This document shows positions 20,498-31,585 of a stretch of 64,000 nucleotides of DNA, piece by piece (within the stretch, counting starts at the first letter, position 1; each line of letters begins with the position of its first letter). This DNA is from an uncultured SAR86 cluster bacterium (GTDB taxonomy: Bacteria; Pseudomonadota; Gammaproteobacteria; Magnimaribacterales; D2472): NCBI GenBank assembly GCA_902531245.1, contig CACADH010000004.1, forward strand, positions 21,197-85,196, given 5' to 3'. Both the position numbers and the translations under genes were made by a program. The notes under the pieces are model-generated. The model saw nothing but the letters and a program-made list of their open reading frames with translations. It was not told where the DNA came from and made no database searches.

Positions 20498-21336
20498 TTA
20501 AACAAGTTGTTTATGTTTTAAGTTCTTTTTATTGATTTCACCAATACCGATGAAAATATTGTTTTTAGAAAAAACTCTATATATATCATCTTTATTATTA
20601 ATTTCAGGTATTGTTACTCCATTAATAAATTTCTTTTCATCAAGCGGTTGTATGGTTATCTTATTTAAATTCTTAAATGCATCTTCAATACTTATAATAT
20701 TTTCTTCTAATATATCTGATGTTCTTTTTGCATCAGATATATTGAAATTACCTTGGGATAATCTTATTAATGATTTCATATGAGCACCGCAACCTAATTT
20801 TTTACCAAGATCTCTTGCAATTGACCTGATATATGTTCCTTTTGAACAATAAATTCTAAAAGCACAAACTTTATTATTGAGATCAAAGTTTTCTATACAA
20901 TTAACTGAAATTTTTCTTGGAGGTTTTGAAATAAACTCACCTCTTCTTGCGTATTTATATAAAGGTTTGCCTTTGTGTTTTAATGCTGAAAAAAATGGTG
21001 GTGTCTGCATAGATTCACCAATAAAACTTTCTAGATGATTTTTAACTGAAGTTTTATTTGGATAGTCATTAGATTTATAAATTATTTTTCCTGTTGAATC
21101 ATCTGTGTCGGTAGAGACACCAAATTCAACTTCAACATCATAAGATTTATCAGATTCAAGAAAATAACTTGAAAACTTTGTTGCTCTATTGACTGCTAAA
21201 ATTAATAAACCTGATGCTAACGGATCTAGAGTGCCCAAATGTCCAATTTTTTGTGCTTTTATTTTTTTTTAATCTTTTGAACAACAAAATTAGAGCTAAC
21301 ACCACTTTCCTTGTTAACTAAAATAAACCCATTCAT
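20498..21336 (-). CDS. truB: tRNA pseudouridine(55) synthase TruB, reading frame interrupted in an A9 run (span is 839 nt, one base short of in-frame)
   Basis: The ORF-track segment 20498..21238 starts inside the catalytic motif (G)H-L-GTLDPLASG. The missing N-terminus MNGFILVNKESGVSSNFVVQKIKKK is encoded from the ATG at 21336 (ATGA overlap with the rbfA stop) in another frame. It stops at TAA immediately after the A9 tract (coding strand; T9 at 21262-21270). Confidence 0.9.
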
Positions 21337-21683
21337 TGCTTTAAATCATTTAATAATTTTTCGATATTTTCTGAGTATTCAATGCTTTCATCAAATCTAA
21401 ATTTAATCTTTGGTACTCTTCTTATTTTTATCTTTTTAGACAAATTTGATCTAATCATACCTGAAACTTTTTTAAGAATTTCTTTATCGATGCTGGATTT
21501 AGATTTATGTATCGATTCTCCAATAACTGTATAAAAAACAGTAGCTATTCCTATATCATCAGAAACTTTGACAGCAGTAATGTTAATATTTTTAAGTCTT
21601 GGATCTTTTATTTGATTTGCAATGATAAGAGATATTTCTTTCTTAAGTAAATCTCCAACTTTATCTGATCTGTTAGAGGTCAT
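21333..21683 (-). CDS. rbfA: Ribosome-binding factor A
   Basis: 116 aa in the infB-rbfA-truB position. RbfA-like R...V...L..EIS.II...IKDPR. Confidence 0.9.
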   Translation of the reverse strand: MTSNRSDKVGDLLKKEISLIIANQIKDPRLKNINITAVKVSDDIGIATVFYTVIGESIHKSKSSIDKEILKKVSGMIRSNLSKKIKIRRVPKIKFRFDESIEYSENIEKLLNDLKQ

Positions 21684-21688
21684 ATATT

Positions 21689-23941
21689 TTAAATTTCTTG
21701 TGCCTCTTCTTTTCTATCAAAAACCTCAATTTTGTCGCCTGATTTAATATCCTTATAATTCTTAATTCCCATCCCGCATTCGTTACCATTCTTAACTTCA
21801 TTAACATCTTCTTTAAATCTTCTAAGGGAATTCAGTTCACCTTCAAAGATTACAATATCATCCCTTAGAACTCTTACAGGTTTATTTCTCAATACATTAC
21901 CTTCAACAACATTACATCCAGCAACTTGACCAAATTTAGGAGAATTAAACACTTCAAGAACTTCTGCCGTTCCTATAATTTCCTCTTTAATTATTGGGTC
22001 AAGAAGGCCGCTCATTCTAGCTTTGACATCATCTATTAACTCATAAATTATACTGTGATAACTTAGAGGCACTGATTCTGATTCAATAATTTTCTTTGCA
22101 GTATTGTCAGCTCTTACATTAAAACCAATTATTATAGAATCTACTGCCACTGCTAAATTAGCATCAGACTCACTAATCCCACCAACTCCACTTGATACTA
22201 TTTTTACCTTAGCTTTTTCTGAACCCAAATCATTTAAAGCACCAATAATAGCTTCACATGTACCGCCTACATCTGTTTTTATTATTATATTAAGAACTTT
22301 CTTTAGGTCTTGGCCAAGAGTTTCAAACAAATCTCCGGCTGATTCATCTTTTTGTTTTAGTAGCTTCTTTTCTTTTTCTTTTGAAACCCTATATTCAGAT
22401 ATTTCTCTTGCTTGTTTTTCATTTTTAACTACTTGAAATTGATCACCAGCATTTGGAACTGAATTTAAGCCAAGGACCTCGACTGCAGCTGACGGTAAAG
22501 CTGATTTAATTTTATTACCATCGCTATCAACTATACTCTTAATTTTTCCAAGAGCATTTCCTGAAACCACTAAATCTCCAACTTTTAGATTGCCATTTTG
22601 TAGTAAAAAAGTAGAAACTGAGCCTCTAAATTTATCTAATTCTGATTCAATTACAACTCCTTGAGCAGGGCCTTCATGATATGCCTTTAATTCTAAAATT
22701 TCTGCTTCAAGAGCTATTCTTTCCAATAGATCATCTATCCCATCTCCTTTTAAGGCTGAAATAGGAACCATTTGAATATTTCCACCCCAATCTTCTGGAG
22801 TTAAATCTTTTGCTGCAAGATCTCCTTTCACCTTGTCTATATCTGCGCCATCAAGATCAATTTTGTTAATTGCCACAACTATTGAAACATTTGCTGCTTT
22901 TGCATGATTAATTGCTTCTTCTGTTTGAGGCTTTATTCCATCATTAGCTGCTACTACTAAAACAACAATATCTGTAGTATTTGCTCCACGTGCTCTCATA
23001 GATGAAAATGCAGCATGGCCAGGAGTATCAATAAAAGTTAATTTTCCTTTAGATGTTTCTACTTCATATGCACCTATATGTTGTGTAATACCACCAGCCT
23101 CTCCATCAACAACTTTTGTTTTTCTAATAAAATCTAAAAGAGTTGTTTTTCCGTGATCAACATGACCCATAACTGTAATAACAGCTGGTCTTGTTTTGGG
23201 CTTGCCCTCATACTGGATTAAATTTGCTAAATCTTCTTCAATATTTTCTTGTTCAATAGCAATACCATTATGGCCAATTTCTTCTACAACCAAAATAGCA
23301 GTTTCTTGATCAATTACATCATTTATTGTTGCAACAACACCTAAAGACATTAAATTTTTTACTACTTCCCCGCCTTTTACAGCCATTAATTTTGCCAACT
23401 CACCAACTTGAATGGTCTCAGGAACTTCTATATCTTTTTTTATAAATTCAGAGGGAACTTCAAATTTATGTTTTTCTTCAATAGCTGCTACTTCTTTTTT
23501 CTTGTAAGCATTAACTGCACTAGATAATTGATCTTTAACATCAATAGGATTTTCATTAATTGGAGATTGAGCTTTTTTTGCTTGTTTCTTTTTTTGTTCT
23601 TGATTTTGTTTTGCTACTTTAAGCTGTTCTTCTCTTTTAACTTGTTGCTCTTTAAGCTGTTCGGACGCTTGTGCTCTTTTTGCTTCAATATTATCAGAGT
23701 AACTTTTACTGGAGGTTTGAACTGAGGAACTTTTTCCTTTTGATGTAACTTTAACACCAGATTCTGAAGTTACCGATTTAGATTTTGAACCCTTTAAAGA
23801 TTTTAAAAGAGATTGTTTATCTGAGGCAGTAATTTCATCAGAGCTTTTTGAATGACTCAAGCCAGCTTTTTGCATACGATCTAAAAGCGCTTTATCTGAA
23901 ATCTTAAGCGTTTTTGCGAAATCTTTTACTGTTAATGTCAA
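21689..23941 (-). CDS. infB: Translation initiation factor IF-2
   Basis: GTPase motifs [17 protein letters not shown] and NKID. K/Q/E-rich N-terminal region. TTG start 6 nt after AGGTGA. Confidence 0.97.
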   Translation of the reverse strand: MTLTVKDFAKTLKISDKALLDRMQKAGLSHSKSSDEITASDKQSLLKSLKGSKSKSVTSESGVKVTSKGKSSSVQTSSKSYSDNIEAKRAQASEQLKEQQVKREEQLKVAKQNQEQKKKQAKKAQSPINENPIDVKDQLSSAVNAYKKKEVAAIEEKHKFEVPSEFIKKDIEVPETIQVGELAKLMAVKGGEVVKNLMSLGVVATINDVIDQETAILVVEEIGHNGIAIEQENIEEDLANLIQYEGKPKTRPAVITVMGHVDHGKTTLLDFIRKTKVVDGEAGGITQHIGAYEVETSKGKLTFIDTPGHAAFSSMRARGANTTDIVVLVVAANDGIKPQTEEAINHAKAANVSIVVAINKIDLDGADIDKVKGDLAAKDLTPEDWGGNIQMVPISALKGDGIDDLLERIALEAEILELKAYHEGPAQGVVIESELDKFRGSVSTFLLQNGNLKVGDLVVSGNALGKIKSIVDSDGNKIKSALPSAAVEVLGLNSVPNAGDQFQVVKNEKQAREISEYRVSKEKEKKLLKQKDESAGDLFETLGQDLKKVLNIIIKTDVGGTCEAIIGALNDLGSEKAKVKIVSSGVGGISESDANLAVAVDSIIIGFNVRADNTAKKIIESESVPLSYHSIIYELIDDVKARMSGLLDPIIKEEIIGTAEVLEVFNSPKFGQVAGCNVVEGNVLRNKPVRVLRDDIVIFEGELNSLRRFKEDVNEVKNGNECGMGIKNYKDIKSGDKIEVFDRKEEAQEI

Positions 23942-23959
23942 AGTATGTCACCTATTAAA

Positions 23960-25420
23960 TTAATTAAACCAATGTTCTCTTGCTTTCATTATCATTTTTG
24001 AAGCATCATCTTCAGATATTTCAATTATTTCTTGAAGCTCATCAATTGAAAGTTCAGCCAAATCATCTTTATTCTTTATTCCTTTATTTGATAAGTTTTG
24101 AATGTTCTCTTCATTTAAATTGAGATCTGTTAAAGACTCAACATTATCCTCTTCTTCAGTTACAACGCCCATTGCTTCCATTAATGCAGCATCCTCTGAT
24201 GCAGATTTAACTCTTTTTATTTCTTCATCTGAATCAATGAATTCTGTAAAAATTTCATTAGATGCATAAGCTATATCATCAAAGGTTGAAAGACCAATTG
24301 AGATAATTTTTTCAGCGATTTCTTCTTCAACCCCAAGACTATCTATAATCTTTGCTAAAAATTCTGTTTCATCAACCTTAACTTTTGCTTCCGCTTCTTC
24401 GTTACTAATAATATTTAAGTTCCAGCCTACTAATTTAGATGCTAACCTTATATTTTGACCTCTTGATCCAATTGCAAGAGCTAAATTATCCTCATTAACT
24501 GCAATATCCATAGACCTTGAATCCTCATCCATTACTATGGACTCTACTTTTGCTGGCGATAGTGCATTTATAACCAATTGAGCCGGATTATCATCATAGA
24601 TTATTATGTCAATTCTTTCATTTCCAAGTTCAGAAGATACTGCCTGTACTCTAGAGCCTCGCATGCCTACACATGCACCAACTGGATCAATTCTTCCATC
24701 ATTTGTTTTAACAGCTATCTTTGATCTTGAGCCAGCATCCCTTGCAACACCTCTAATTTCAATAACATCTTCATTAATTTCAGGCACTTCAATACTAAAT
24801 AATTCTGTAACCATCTCAGGACATGAACGATTAAGCATAAGTTGAGGACCTCTACCTTCAACTTCAACTATTTGAAGAATTGCTCTTATTCTATCGTTAA
24901 TTTTATATATTTCTCCTGGCATTAGCCTATCTCTCGGAAGCAATGCTTCTGCTTCATGGGTTATATCAACAATAATATTATCTCTTGTAACTCTTTTTAC
25001 TGAGCCTGATACAAGTTTGTTATTTTGTGATTTAAATTGATCAACTATTTTTTCTCTTTCTGCCTCTCGAACTTTTTGAAGCATTACCTGTCTTGCAGCT
25101 TGCGTTTCTATGCGTCCAAATACAATATTATCTTGTTCTTTTGAGTAAGTTTCGCCAATTTCAAGACCTGAATCTTCCTTAGATATATGAGTTTCATGAT
25201 GAAATTCATCATCTAAATTATCAAACACAATCCAATTTCTATGTGTTGCATAAGCTCCTGTATCTCTATTTATCTCCACAAATAAATCAGCATCTTCGTG
25301 AAAATGTCTTTGAGATGCAGACGCTATAGCGACCTCAATTGCTTTAAAAATTAAATCTTTATCAATACCTTTTTCAGTTGAAACTGAATCAACAACAGCT
25401 AAAATTTCATTACTTTCCAT
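23960..25420 (-). CDS. nusA: Transcription termination/antitermination factor NusA
   Basis: 486 aa with S1 and KH domains (ACVGMRGSRVQ, AIGSRGQNIRLAS) and acidic C-terminal repeat domains typical of gammaproteobacterial NusA. Confidence 0.97.
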   Translation of the reverse strand: MESNEILAVVDSVSTEKGIDKDLIFKAIEVAIASASQRHFHEDADLFVEINRDTGAYATHRNWIVFDNLDDEFHHETHISKEDSGLEIGETYSKEQDNIVFGRIETQAARQVMLQKVREAEREKIVDQFKSQNNKLVSGSVKRVTRDNIIVDITHEAEALLPRDRLMPGEIYKINDRIRAILQIVEVEGRGPQLMLNRSCPEMVTELFSIEVPEINEDVIEIRGVARDAGSRSKIAVKTNDGRIDPVGACVGMRGSRVQAVSSELGNERIDIIIYDDNPAQLVINALSPAKVESIVMDEDSRSMDIAVNEDNLALAIGSRGQNIRLASKLVGWNLNIISNEEAEAKVKVDETEFLAKIIDSLGVEEEIAEKIISIGLSTFDDIAYASNEIFTEFIDSDEEIKRVKSASEDAALMEAMGVVTEEEDNVESLTDLNLNEENIQNLSNKGIKNKDDLAELSIDELQEIIEISEDDASKMIMKAREHWFN

Positions 25421-25898
25421 AAGAATGTTCCTTCATAAAATCATTATAATTTGGTTTTAATCTACATAAATCGATATCAGAAAACTTAAACTTCAATTCA
25501 TTGGAATCTTTTTTTGAATCAATAAAGAAGTGTAATCCATCACAACTTAATAATTTACCTGAAAATTTTCTTTTCCCTTCAAAACTTAACCTTGTTTTAA
25601 GCTCTAGTTCTTTACCCACATAAGCTTTCAGTTGATTCAAATCAAAAAATTTTCTGTCAATTCCTGGGGTAGATACCTCCAAGATATAATCATCCCCCAA
25701 ATTCAAATCAATCATGGGTTCGTAAGAAAGATCTTTTGAAACATTTTCACAATCACTAATATCTATATTTTTTTCTGAATCGATATAAACTCTTAATGTT
25801 ACTCTTTTCTTTCCTCTTAAAATTTCAATACCCCAAAGCATGCAGTTATTCCTGTTTACAACGGGTTCGATTATATTTTTATATTCATCTATATTCAT
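25410..25898 (-). CDS. rimP: Ribosome maturation factor RimP
   Basis: Conserved position between tRNA-fMet and nusA. RimP-like LEVSTPGIDR. I place the start at the ATG at 25898 (MNIDEYK...) because the longer ORF-track version runs into the tRNA gene. Confidence 0.88.
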   Translation of the reverse strand: MNIDEYKNIIEPVVNRNNCMLWGIEILRGKKRVTLRVYIDSEKNIDISDCENVSKDLSYEPMIDLNLGDDYILEVSTPGIDRKFFDLNQLKAYVGKELELKTRLSFEGKRKFSGKLLSCDGLHFFIDSKKDSNELKFKFSDIDLCRLKPNYNDFMKEHSYGK

Positions 25899-25949
25899 AT
25901 TTTTTATACAAAAAAAGGGCTTTTGCCCCACAAAAAAATTATTTAACTG

Positions 25950-26026
<77 letters not shown>

Positions 26027-26041
26027 ACGCAGCGAACATGA

Positions 26042-26070
26042 AGTTTATGAAAGTAAGTATGATTGGTCAA
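26042..26070 (-). promoter_or_regulatory. Candidate sigma70 promoter for tRNA-fMet / rimP-nusA-infB operon
   Basis: On the minus strand: TTGACC (complement of 26065-26070), a 17-nt spacer, then TAAACT (complement of 26042-26047). A G/C-rich discriminator-like GCTGCG follows just before the tRNA 5' end. Confidence 0.45.
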
Positions 26071-26100
26071 GTTTATTTTGTATTAGAACAAATATAATAT

Positions 26101-26109
26101 TGCTATAAT
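26101..26109 (+). promoter_or_regulatory. Candidate extended -10 promoter for tRNA-Leu
   Basis: TGcTATAAT (perfect TATAAT at 26104-26109 with an upstream TG), 12 nt before the tRNA-Leu 5' end. No convincing -35. Confidence 0.4.
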
Positions 26110-26121
26110 CACGTTCATTTT

Positions 26122-26208
26122 GCCGAAGTGGTGGAATTGGTAGACACGCTAGCTTGAGGGGCTAGTGGGTGAAAACTCGTGCGGGTTCAAGTCCCGCCTT
26201 CGGCACCA
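26122..26208 (+). tRNA. leuU: tRNA-Leu (anticodon GAG), class II with long variable arm
   Basis: 87 nt, GCCGAAG...CTTCGGC-A-CCA. Anticodon stem CTAGC/GCTAG with loop TTGAGGG. Same isoacceptor that follows secG in E. coli, but here on the opposite strand to secG. Confidence 0.93.
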
Positions 26209-26213
26209 ACAGG

Positions 26214-26525
26214 CTATTCAGTAGGTATTTCATCCGATAAACCCTCTTCAATTGCTTCCTCAATTAATGGAGTTTCAAAAATTACCTCTGTATTTTGATT
26301 TTTTAATAAATAAGCTAGTAAAAATGAAAGTATTAACCATATTGCGACAATAATATATGTTAGTCGTCCTAGAAAATTTGATGGTCCTAATGCACCAAAC
26401 ATTGAATTAGAAGATCCGCCACCGAATGCCGAGCCTAAATCAGAACCCTTTCCTTGTTGAAGTAAAACTATACCAATAATAACTATAGCTAGAAGAACAG
26501 ATGTAATTGTTAAGAAAATGATCAT
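26214..26525 (-). CDS. secG: Preprotein translocase subunit SecG
   Basis: 103 aa with two TM segments and a glycine-rich loop (QQGKGSDLGSAFGGGSSNSMFG). tpiA-secG synteny. Confidence 0.92.
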   Translation of the reverse strand: MIIFLTITSVLLAIVIIGIVLLQQGKGSDLGSAFGGGSSNSMFGALGPSNFLGRLTYIIVAIWLILSFLLAYLLKNQNTEVIFETPLIEEAIEEGLSDEIPTE

Positions 26526-27277
26526 AATTTTTTAGTTGTATTAAATATATTTACTATTTTTGCAAATGTTGTGCCATCTAATGAAGCTCCGCCAATCAAT
26601 GCACCATCTACAAATTCTTCTCCAAAAAAGCTTTCTGAATTTTTATCAGTAACACTTCCACCATACAAAACTAATGGTGCTAGGTTCTTTGTAGAAATGG
26701 ATTGTACAACATCTTTTATAAATTTATGAATTTCGTTTACATCTTTTGGTTTTGGTGTTTTCCCTGAACCAATTGCCCATATTGGTTCGTAAGCAATTGT
26801 TAAGCTATCAGTTATAGCCATATTTACTAATATGCTTAGTTGATTTTCTAAAATTTCTTTAGTTTTACCATGTTTATTTTCTTCCTCGGTTTCGCCAATA
26901 CAGAGTATAGGATTGATATCACATGATAAACATTCAAGTATCTTATCTTGGATTATTTTATTATCCTCATTATAAGAAATTCTCCTTTCTGAATGTCCTA
27001 CTATACAAAATGAATATGCATCACTCTCAAGCAGCATGTCAGCAGATATTGCTCCAGTAAATTTTCTTGTATATCCCGCAATATCTTGTGAAATAGTATC
27101 TATATTTAAATTATTTTTTTTTATTTGATTATAAACCTCATTAATGAATATTGTTGGTGGAGCAATGCCTATAAAACCATCACAAATTCCATTATTTTTC
27201 ACTATTTTTTTATATGATTCAAACCATTCATCAATCATGGCCTTACTTCCATTACATTTCCAGTTTGCAACTATCAT
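26522..27277 (-). CDS. tpiA: Triosephosphate isomerase
   Basis: ANWKCNG, VGHSERR, AYEPIWAIGSG and LYGGSV. Confidence 0.96.
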   Translation of the reverse strand: MIVANWKCNGSKAMIDEWFESYKKIVKNNGICDGFIGIAPPTIFINEVYNQIKKNNLNIDTISQDIAGYTRKFTGAISADMLLESDAYSFCIVGHSERRISYNEDNKIIQDKILECLSCDINPILCIGETEEENKHGKTKEILENQLSILVNMAITDSLTIAYEPIWAIGSGKTPKPKDVNEIHKFIKDVVQSISTKNLAPLVLYGGSVTDKNSESFFGEEFVDGALIGGASLDGTTFAKIVNIFNTTKKL

Positions 27278-28600
27278 CTAAACTTTTGACCTTATAATTT
27301 TCTCAATATCTTTAGCGAACTTTTCAGCAACTTTTATTTCAGGTGCTTCAACCATTACTCTGATTTTTGGCTCTGTTCCAGAGGGTCTCACAAGAATTCT
27401 CCCAATAGTTAGATCTGATTCAATCTTTTTAATAAAAGACTTTAACTCTTTGTCATTAATAATGTCTTTATTATTAACTTTTATAGCCTTATTAATTTGG
27501 GGAACCTTTTTATAGTTTGATAGCACCTCACTTGGTCTTTTTTCTAAAAGCAGTAAAGACGATATCACTTTTAAAGCTGCTACTGTTCCATCACCAGTAC
27601 TTACAAGATCTTTGCATATAATGTGTCCGGATGTTTCACCTCCAAGCATCCATCCTTTTTTTGTTAGCATTTCGCTAACATATTTATCTCCTACATCTGC
27701 TCTTATGAATTTGTAACCTAATTTTTCAATACCTTGCTCAAGCCCAAGATTGCTCATATGTGTTCCTACAACACCAGACCATACCCCAGTTCTGTTTGGG
27801 TTTGAAAAAGCTAATATGTACAAAAGGTCATCTCCGTCTAGCAAATTACCTTTTTCATCAACTAAGATAACCCTATCACCATCTCCATCAAGAGAAATAC
27901 CATAATCTGCTCTATGCTTAATAACTGCTTCCTTAATAACTTCAGGATGAGTTGAGCCACAACCTTGATTAATATTATAGCCATCAGGTTGATTGCCAAT
28001 TGTAATAACTTCTGCGCCTAGCTCTTCAAAAATTTCAGGACTTACTTTGTAACAAGCACCATTTGCACAATCTAAAACTATTCTTAAAGATGAGAAAGAT
28101 ATATTAGGAGGGACAGTAGATTTACAGAACTCTATGTATCTTGGTCCAGATTCATCAAATCTATAAGCTTTTCCAATTTTAGATGTCTCTACAGGTGATA
28201 AATCTCTAGAGAGATTCTTCTCTATTCTCTTTTCAATGTCTCTTGAGATTTTTTCTCCATCTTCATTAAAGATCTTTATTCCATTATCAAGAAAATCATT
28301 ATGAGATGCGCTAATAACCACCCCAAACTTATTTCTTAAAGTTTTTGTTAAATAAGCTACGCCAGGAGTTGGTATCGGTCCAAGCAAGCGTACGTTGACT
28401 CCAGCAGCAATAAATCCTGCTTGAAGAGCAGACTCAAGCATATATCCTGATATTCTTGTATCCTTGCCAATAACAACGGTATTCCAACCCAGCTCTTTCA
28501 TTACCAAGCCAGTTGCATGACCTATTTTAAGACAGGCTTCGGGAGTTACTACGGTCTCGACGGGTCCCCTTATTCCGTCAGTACCAAATTTAAGATTCAT
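27278..28600 (-). CDS. glmM: Phosphoglucosamine mutase
   Basis: FGTDGIRG, phosphoserine loop ISASHN(D), metal loop DGDGDR, GGETSGH. 440 aa. Confidence 0.95.
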   Translation of the reverse strand: MNLKFGTDGIRGPVETVVTPEACLKIGHATGLVMKELGWNTVVIGKDTRISGYMLESALQAGFIAAGVNVRLLGPIPTPGVAYLTKTLRNKFGVVISASHNDFLDNGIKIFNEDGEKISRDIEKRIEKNLSRDLSPVETSKIGKAYRFDESGPRYIEFCKSTVPPNISFSSLRIVLDCANGACYKVSPEIFEELGAEVITIGNQPDGYNINQGCGSTHPEVIKEAVIKHRADYGISLDGDGDRVILVDEKGNLLDGDDLLYILAFSNPNRTGVWSGVVGTHMSNLGLEQGIEKLGYKFIRADVGDKYVSEMLTKKGWMLGGETSGHIICKDLVSTGDGTVAALKVISSLLLLEKRPSEVLSNYKKVPQINKAIKVNNKDIINDKELKSFIKKIESDLTIGRILVRPSGTEPKIRVMVEAPEIKVAEKFAKDIEKIIRSKV

Positions 28601-30519
28601 GGAAAAGGATTATAACTCTTCTGCTGCACCTTTGATTGAAGTTTTTTAGAAGATTTGCCAGCAGCAGTGTCATCATCAGACCACCCCTTTGGTTCTCTTG
28701 GTGTTGCGCCAGCCATAATATCATCAATCTGACTAGCATCAATAGTTTCATATTTGAGCAATGCATCAGCCATTACATTTAACTTATCAATATTTTCTTT
28801 AAGTATATTTTCAGCTTTTTTATAACATGTATCTATGATTGATTTCACCTCTTTATCTATAAGTTTTGCAGTTTCATCACTCATATTTTGTACAGGAGAG
28901 GCTGCAGTTCTTCCAAGGAAAGGACTTCCCTCATCTTCTCCATATTTTAATGGTCCTATTGTTTTTGATAATCCCCATTTAGTAACCATATTCGTTGCAA
29001 TATTTGTTGCAACCTCGATATCGTTTGAAGCTCCTGTAGTAATTCCTTTATCACCATTTATAATACTTTCTGCAATTCTTCCTCCAAAGAGTGCTGCAAT
29101 TCTTCCTTCTAAATATTCTTTGCTTTGCATATAGGTATCTTCTTCTGGGAGAAACATTGTTACACCAAGTGCTCTTCCTCTTGGAATAATAGTAACTTTA
29201 TATACTGGATCATGTTTTGGAGACAATCTACCAACAATAGCATGGCCAGCCTCGTGATAAGCAGTGATTCTTTTTTGTTCTTCACTGAGAATCATTGATT
29301 TTCTTTCTGCACCCATCATTATCTTATCTTTAGCTAAATCAAGGTGGGACTGATCTATTTTTTTGTCAGAGTATCTAGCTGCAAACAATGCCGCTTCATT
29401 TATTAAATTTGCTAAATCGGCGCCTGAGAAGCCAGGCGTTCCCCTTGCTATTACTAATGGATCAACATCCGCATCTAATGGAACTTTTCTCATGTGAACC
29501 TTGAGAATGGCTTCTCTTCCTCTAATATCAGGAAGATCTACTACCACTTGTCTATCAAATCTTCCTGGTCTTAATAATGCAGGATCAAGAACATCGGGTC
29601 TATTTGTAGCTGCAATAACAATAACGCCGTCATTACCTTCAAAACCATCCATTTCAACTAATAACTGGTTTAAAGTTTGTTCTCTCTCATCATGTCCACC
29701 ACCAAGCCCAGCACCTCTATGTCTTCCAACGGCATCAATTTCATCAATAAAAACAATACAAGGAGATTGTTTTTTGGCCTGTTCGAACATATCTCTTACT
29801 CTTGAGGCACCAACACCGACAAACATCTCAACAAAATCAGAACCGGAAATTGTAAAAAATGGAACTTTTGCCTCTCCTGCTACTGCTCTTGCAATTAAAG
29901 TCTTACCAGTACCTGGAGGACCAACCATTAATACACCTCTTGGTATTTTTCCACCCAATTTTTGAAATTTTGTAGGATCTTTAAGAAAATCTACTAATTC
30001 TTGAACATCCTGTTTTGCCTCTTCGCATCCAGCAACATCTTTAAAGGTTGTTTTAACTTTTCCGCCTTCCATTAATTTAGCTTTGCTTCTTCCAAAAGAC
30101 ATTGGACCGCCTTTACCAGACATACCACCTTGCATCTGACGCATGAAAAAGAAAAATATTGCTAGAAGAAGGATTATAGGAAATGCACCAACAAGTAGTT
30201 GTGAAAATAAGGATGGTTGCTCTATCTTTTCATAAACCGCAATTACTCCATGATCTTCTATTGCATTTTCTACTGCCTCGTCTCTTTTAAAAATTGGATG
30301 AGTTGTTTCAAATTTAGAGCCGTCGAGTCTATCCCCGATTATGGTCATTTGATCTCCTTTATAGACGATTTTGGCAACTCTATCTGATAATACATCTTGC
30401 TTAAATTCGCTATAACTAATTTGTTCTCTTGCAGATGAGTTCTCTACATTATTAAAAACAAAGACCATAAGCGATCCAAGAACTACCCAAACAACTAAAT
30501 TTCTCATAAAACTACTCAT
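28597..30519 (-). CDS. ftsH: ATP-dependent zinc metalloprotease FtsH
   Basis: Walker [12 protein letters not shown], Walker [12 protein letters not shown] region and zinc site HEAGHA. Two N-terminal TM segments. 640 aa. Confidence 0.98.
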   Translation of the reverse strand: MSSFMRNLVVWVVLGSLMVFVFNNVENSSAREQISYSEFKQDVLSDRVAKIVYKGDQMTIIGDRLDGSKFETTHPIFKRDEAVENAIEDHGVIAVYEKIEQPSLFSQLLVGAFPIILLLAIFFFFMRQMQGGMSGKGGPMSFGRSKAKLMEGGKVKTTFKDVAGCEEAKQDVQELVDFLKDPTKFQKLGGKIPRGVLMVGPPGTGKTLIARAVAGEAKVPFFTISGSDFVEMFVGVGASRVRDMFEQAKKQSPCIVFIDEIDAVGRHRGAGLGGGHDEREQTLNQLLVEMDGFEGNDGVIVIAATNRPDVLDPALLRPGRFDRQVVVDLPDIRGREAILKVHMRKVPLDADVDPLVIARGTPGFSGADLANLINEAALFAARYSDKKIDQSHLDLAKDKIMMGAERKSMILSEEQKRITAYHEAGHAIVGRLSPKHDPVYKVTIIPRGRALGVTMFLPEEDTYMQSKEYLEGRIAALFGGRIAESIINGDKGITTGASNDIEVATNIATNMVTKWGLSKTIGPLKYGEDEGSPFLGRTAASPVQNMSDETAKLIDKEVKSIIDTCYKKAENILKENIDKLNVMADALLKYETIDASQIDDIMAGATPREPKGWSDDDTAAGKSSKKLQSKVQQKSYNPFP

Positions 30520-30522
30520 AAA

Positions 30523-31083
30523 TTACTTCACTCCATAAAGATATATCTCACCAGATTGTTTTTTTGACGCAGCTGGTTTATAAGTTTGAACTAACTTAAA
30601 AGATAATTCCATATTTTTTCTTAAACTTTTTAAATTATTATTCTGAAATGTTTTCATTATTATTGCGCCGCCTTTTTCTAAAAACTTATGTGCAGTATTT
30701 ATTGTTAAGTGATTTAAATCTAATACATTTTCACTATCAACTGCACTTATACCAGTTAAGTTTGGGGCTATATCAGAAATTACAAGATTAAACTTACCTT
30801 TTAACGAATTTATATCTTCTATTTCTTCTATTTTCTCAATACTTATTTGAAAAAAATCTACTCCATCAATTTTTTCCATATCTAAAATATCTATTGCGAA
30901 TACTTTTGAGTTTGGATAATTTTTGATAATCAATTGTGACCATCCGCCTGGCGCTGATCCAAGATCTAAAACATTTGATATTTTTTTTAACTTAGTTTTT
31001 TTTAAGATTTCTTGAAGTTTAAAAACAGCTCTTGAACGATAGCCTTCATCTTTAGCTCTTTTGGCCCAATTATCTGATTGCAT
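30523..31083 (-). CDS. rlmE: 23S rRNA (uridine2552-2'-O)-methyltransferase RlmE/FtsJ (short N-terminus)
   Basis: YRSRAVFKLQEI and SAM motif DLGSAPGGWSQ. Directly upstream of ftsH. Confidence 0.93.
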   Translation of the reverse strand: MQSDNWAKRAKDEGYRSRAVFKLQEILKKTKLKKISNVLDLGSAPGGWSQLIIKNYPNSKVFAIDILDMEKIDGVDFFQISIEKIEEIEDINSLKGKFNLVISDIAPNLTGISAVDSENVLDLNHLTINTAHKFLEKGGAIIMKTFQNNNLKSLRKNMELSFKLVQTYKPAASKKQSGEIYLYGVK

Positions 31084-31087
31084 TTAT

Positions 31088-31564
31088 TTATATATGCTTT
31101 ACTTCTATGATTTCGTAATTTAAATTGCCAGAGGGTGTTTTAATAGAAATCACATCATCAACAAATTTTCCAACTAGTCCTTTTGCAATAGGCGTATCGA
31201 TTGATATATTTCCTTGTTCAGGATCTGATTCAAGATTTCCAACAATCTTATAAGTAATCTCATTATCATTATCAATGTCATAGATTTTTACAGTTGCTCC
31301 AAACACCACTCTTCCTGTTTCGGGAATTTCCTTAACATCAATAACTTGTGCATTAGCTAAAGCATTTTCCATTTCAGCTATTTTGGCTTCAACTAGTCCT
31401 TGCAACTCCTTTGCTGCATGATATTCAGCATTTTCTTTAAGATCTCCATGAGCCCTTGCCTCTGCTATAGCTTGAGAAATTTGTGGTCTTTCTAGAAATT
31501 TTAAGTTTGAAAGCTTTTCCTTAATGGAAATTTCACCCTCTTTTGTCAATGGTATTCTGCTCAT
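31088..31564 (-). CDS. greA: Transcription elongation factor GreA
   Basis: 158 aa with ARAHGDLKENAEYHAAKE in the coiled-coil tip and a GreA C-terminal domain. Confidence 0.96.
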   Translation of the reverse strand: MSRIPLTKEGEISIKEKLSNLKFLERPQISQAIAEARAHGDLKENAEYHAAKELQGLVEAKIAEMENALANAQVIDVKEIPETGRVVFGATVKIYDIDNDNEITYKIVGNLESDPEQGNISIDTPIAKGLVGKFVDDVISIKTPSGNLNYEIIEVKHI

Positions 31565-31585
31565 TTGAGCATTATAGCAATTTGA

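Noticed and set aside
29501-29965. 154-aa plus-strand ORF, Pro/Ser-rich (also 28835..29134)
   Set aside because: It is antisense to the most conserved, relatively G/C-richer AAA+ core of ftsH. Long antisense frames are expected there. It has no start context and no recognisable fold.
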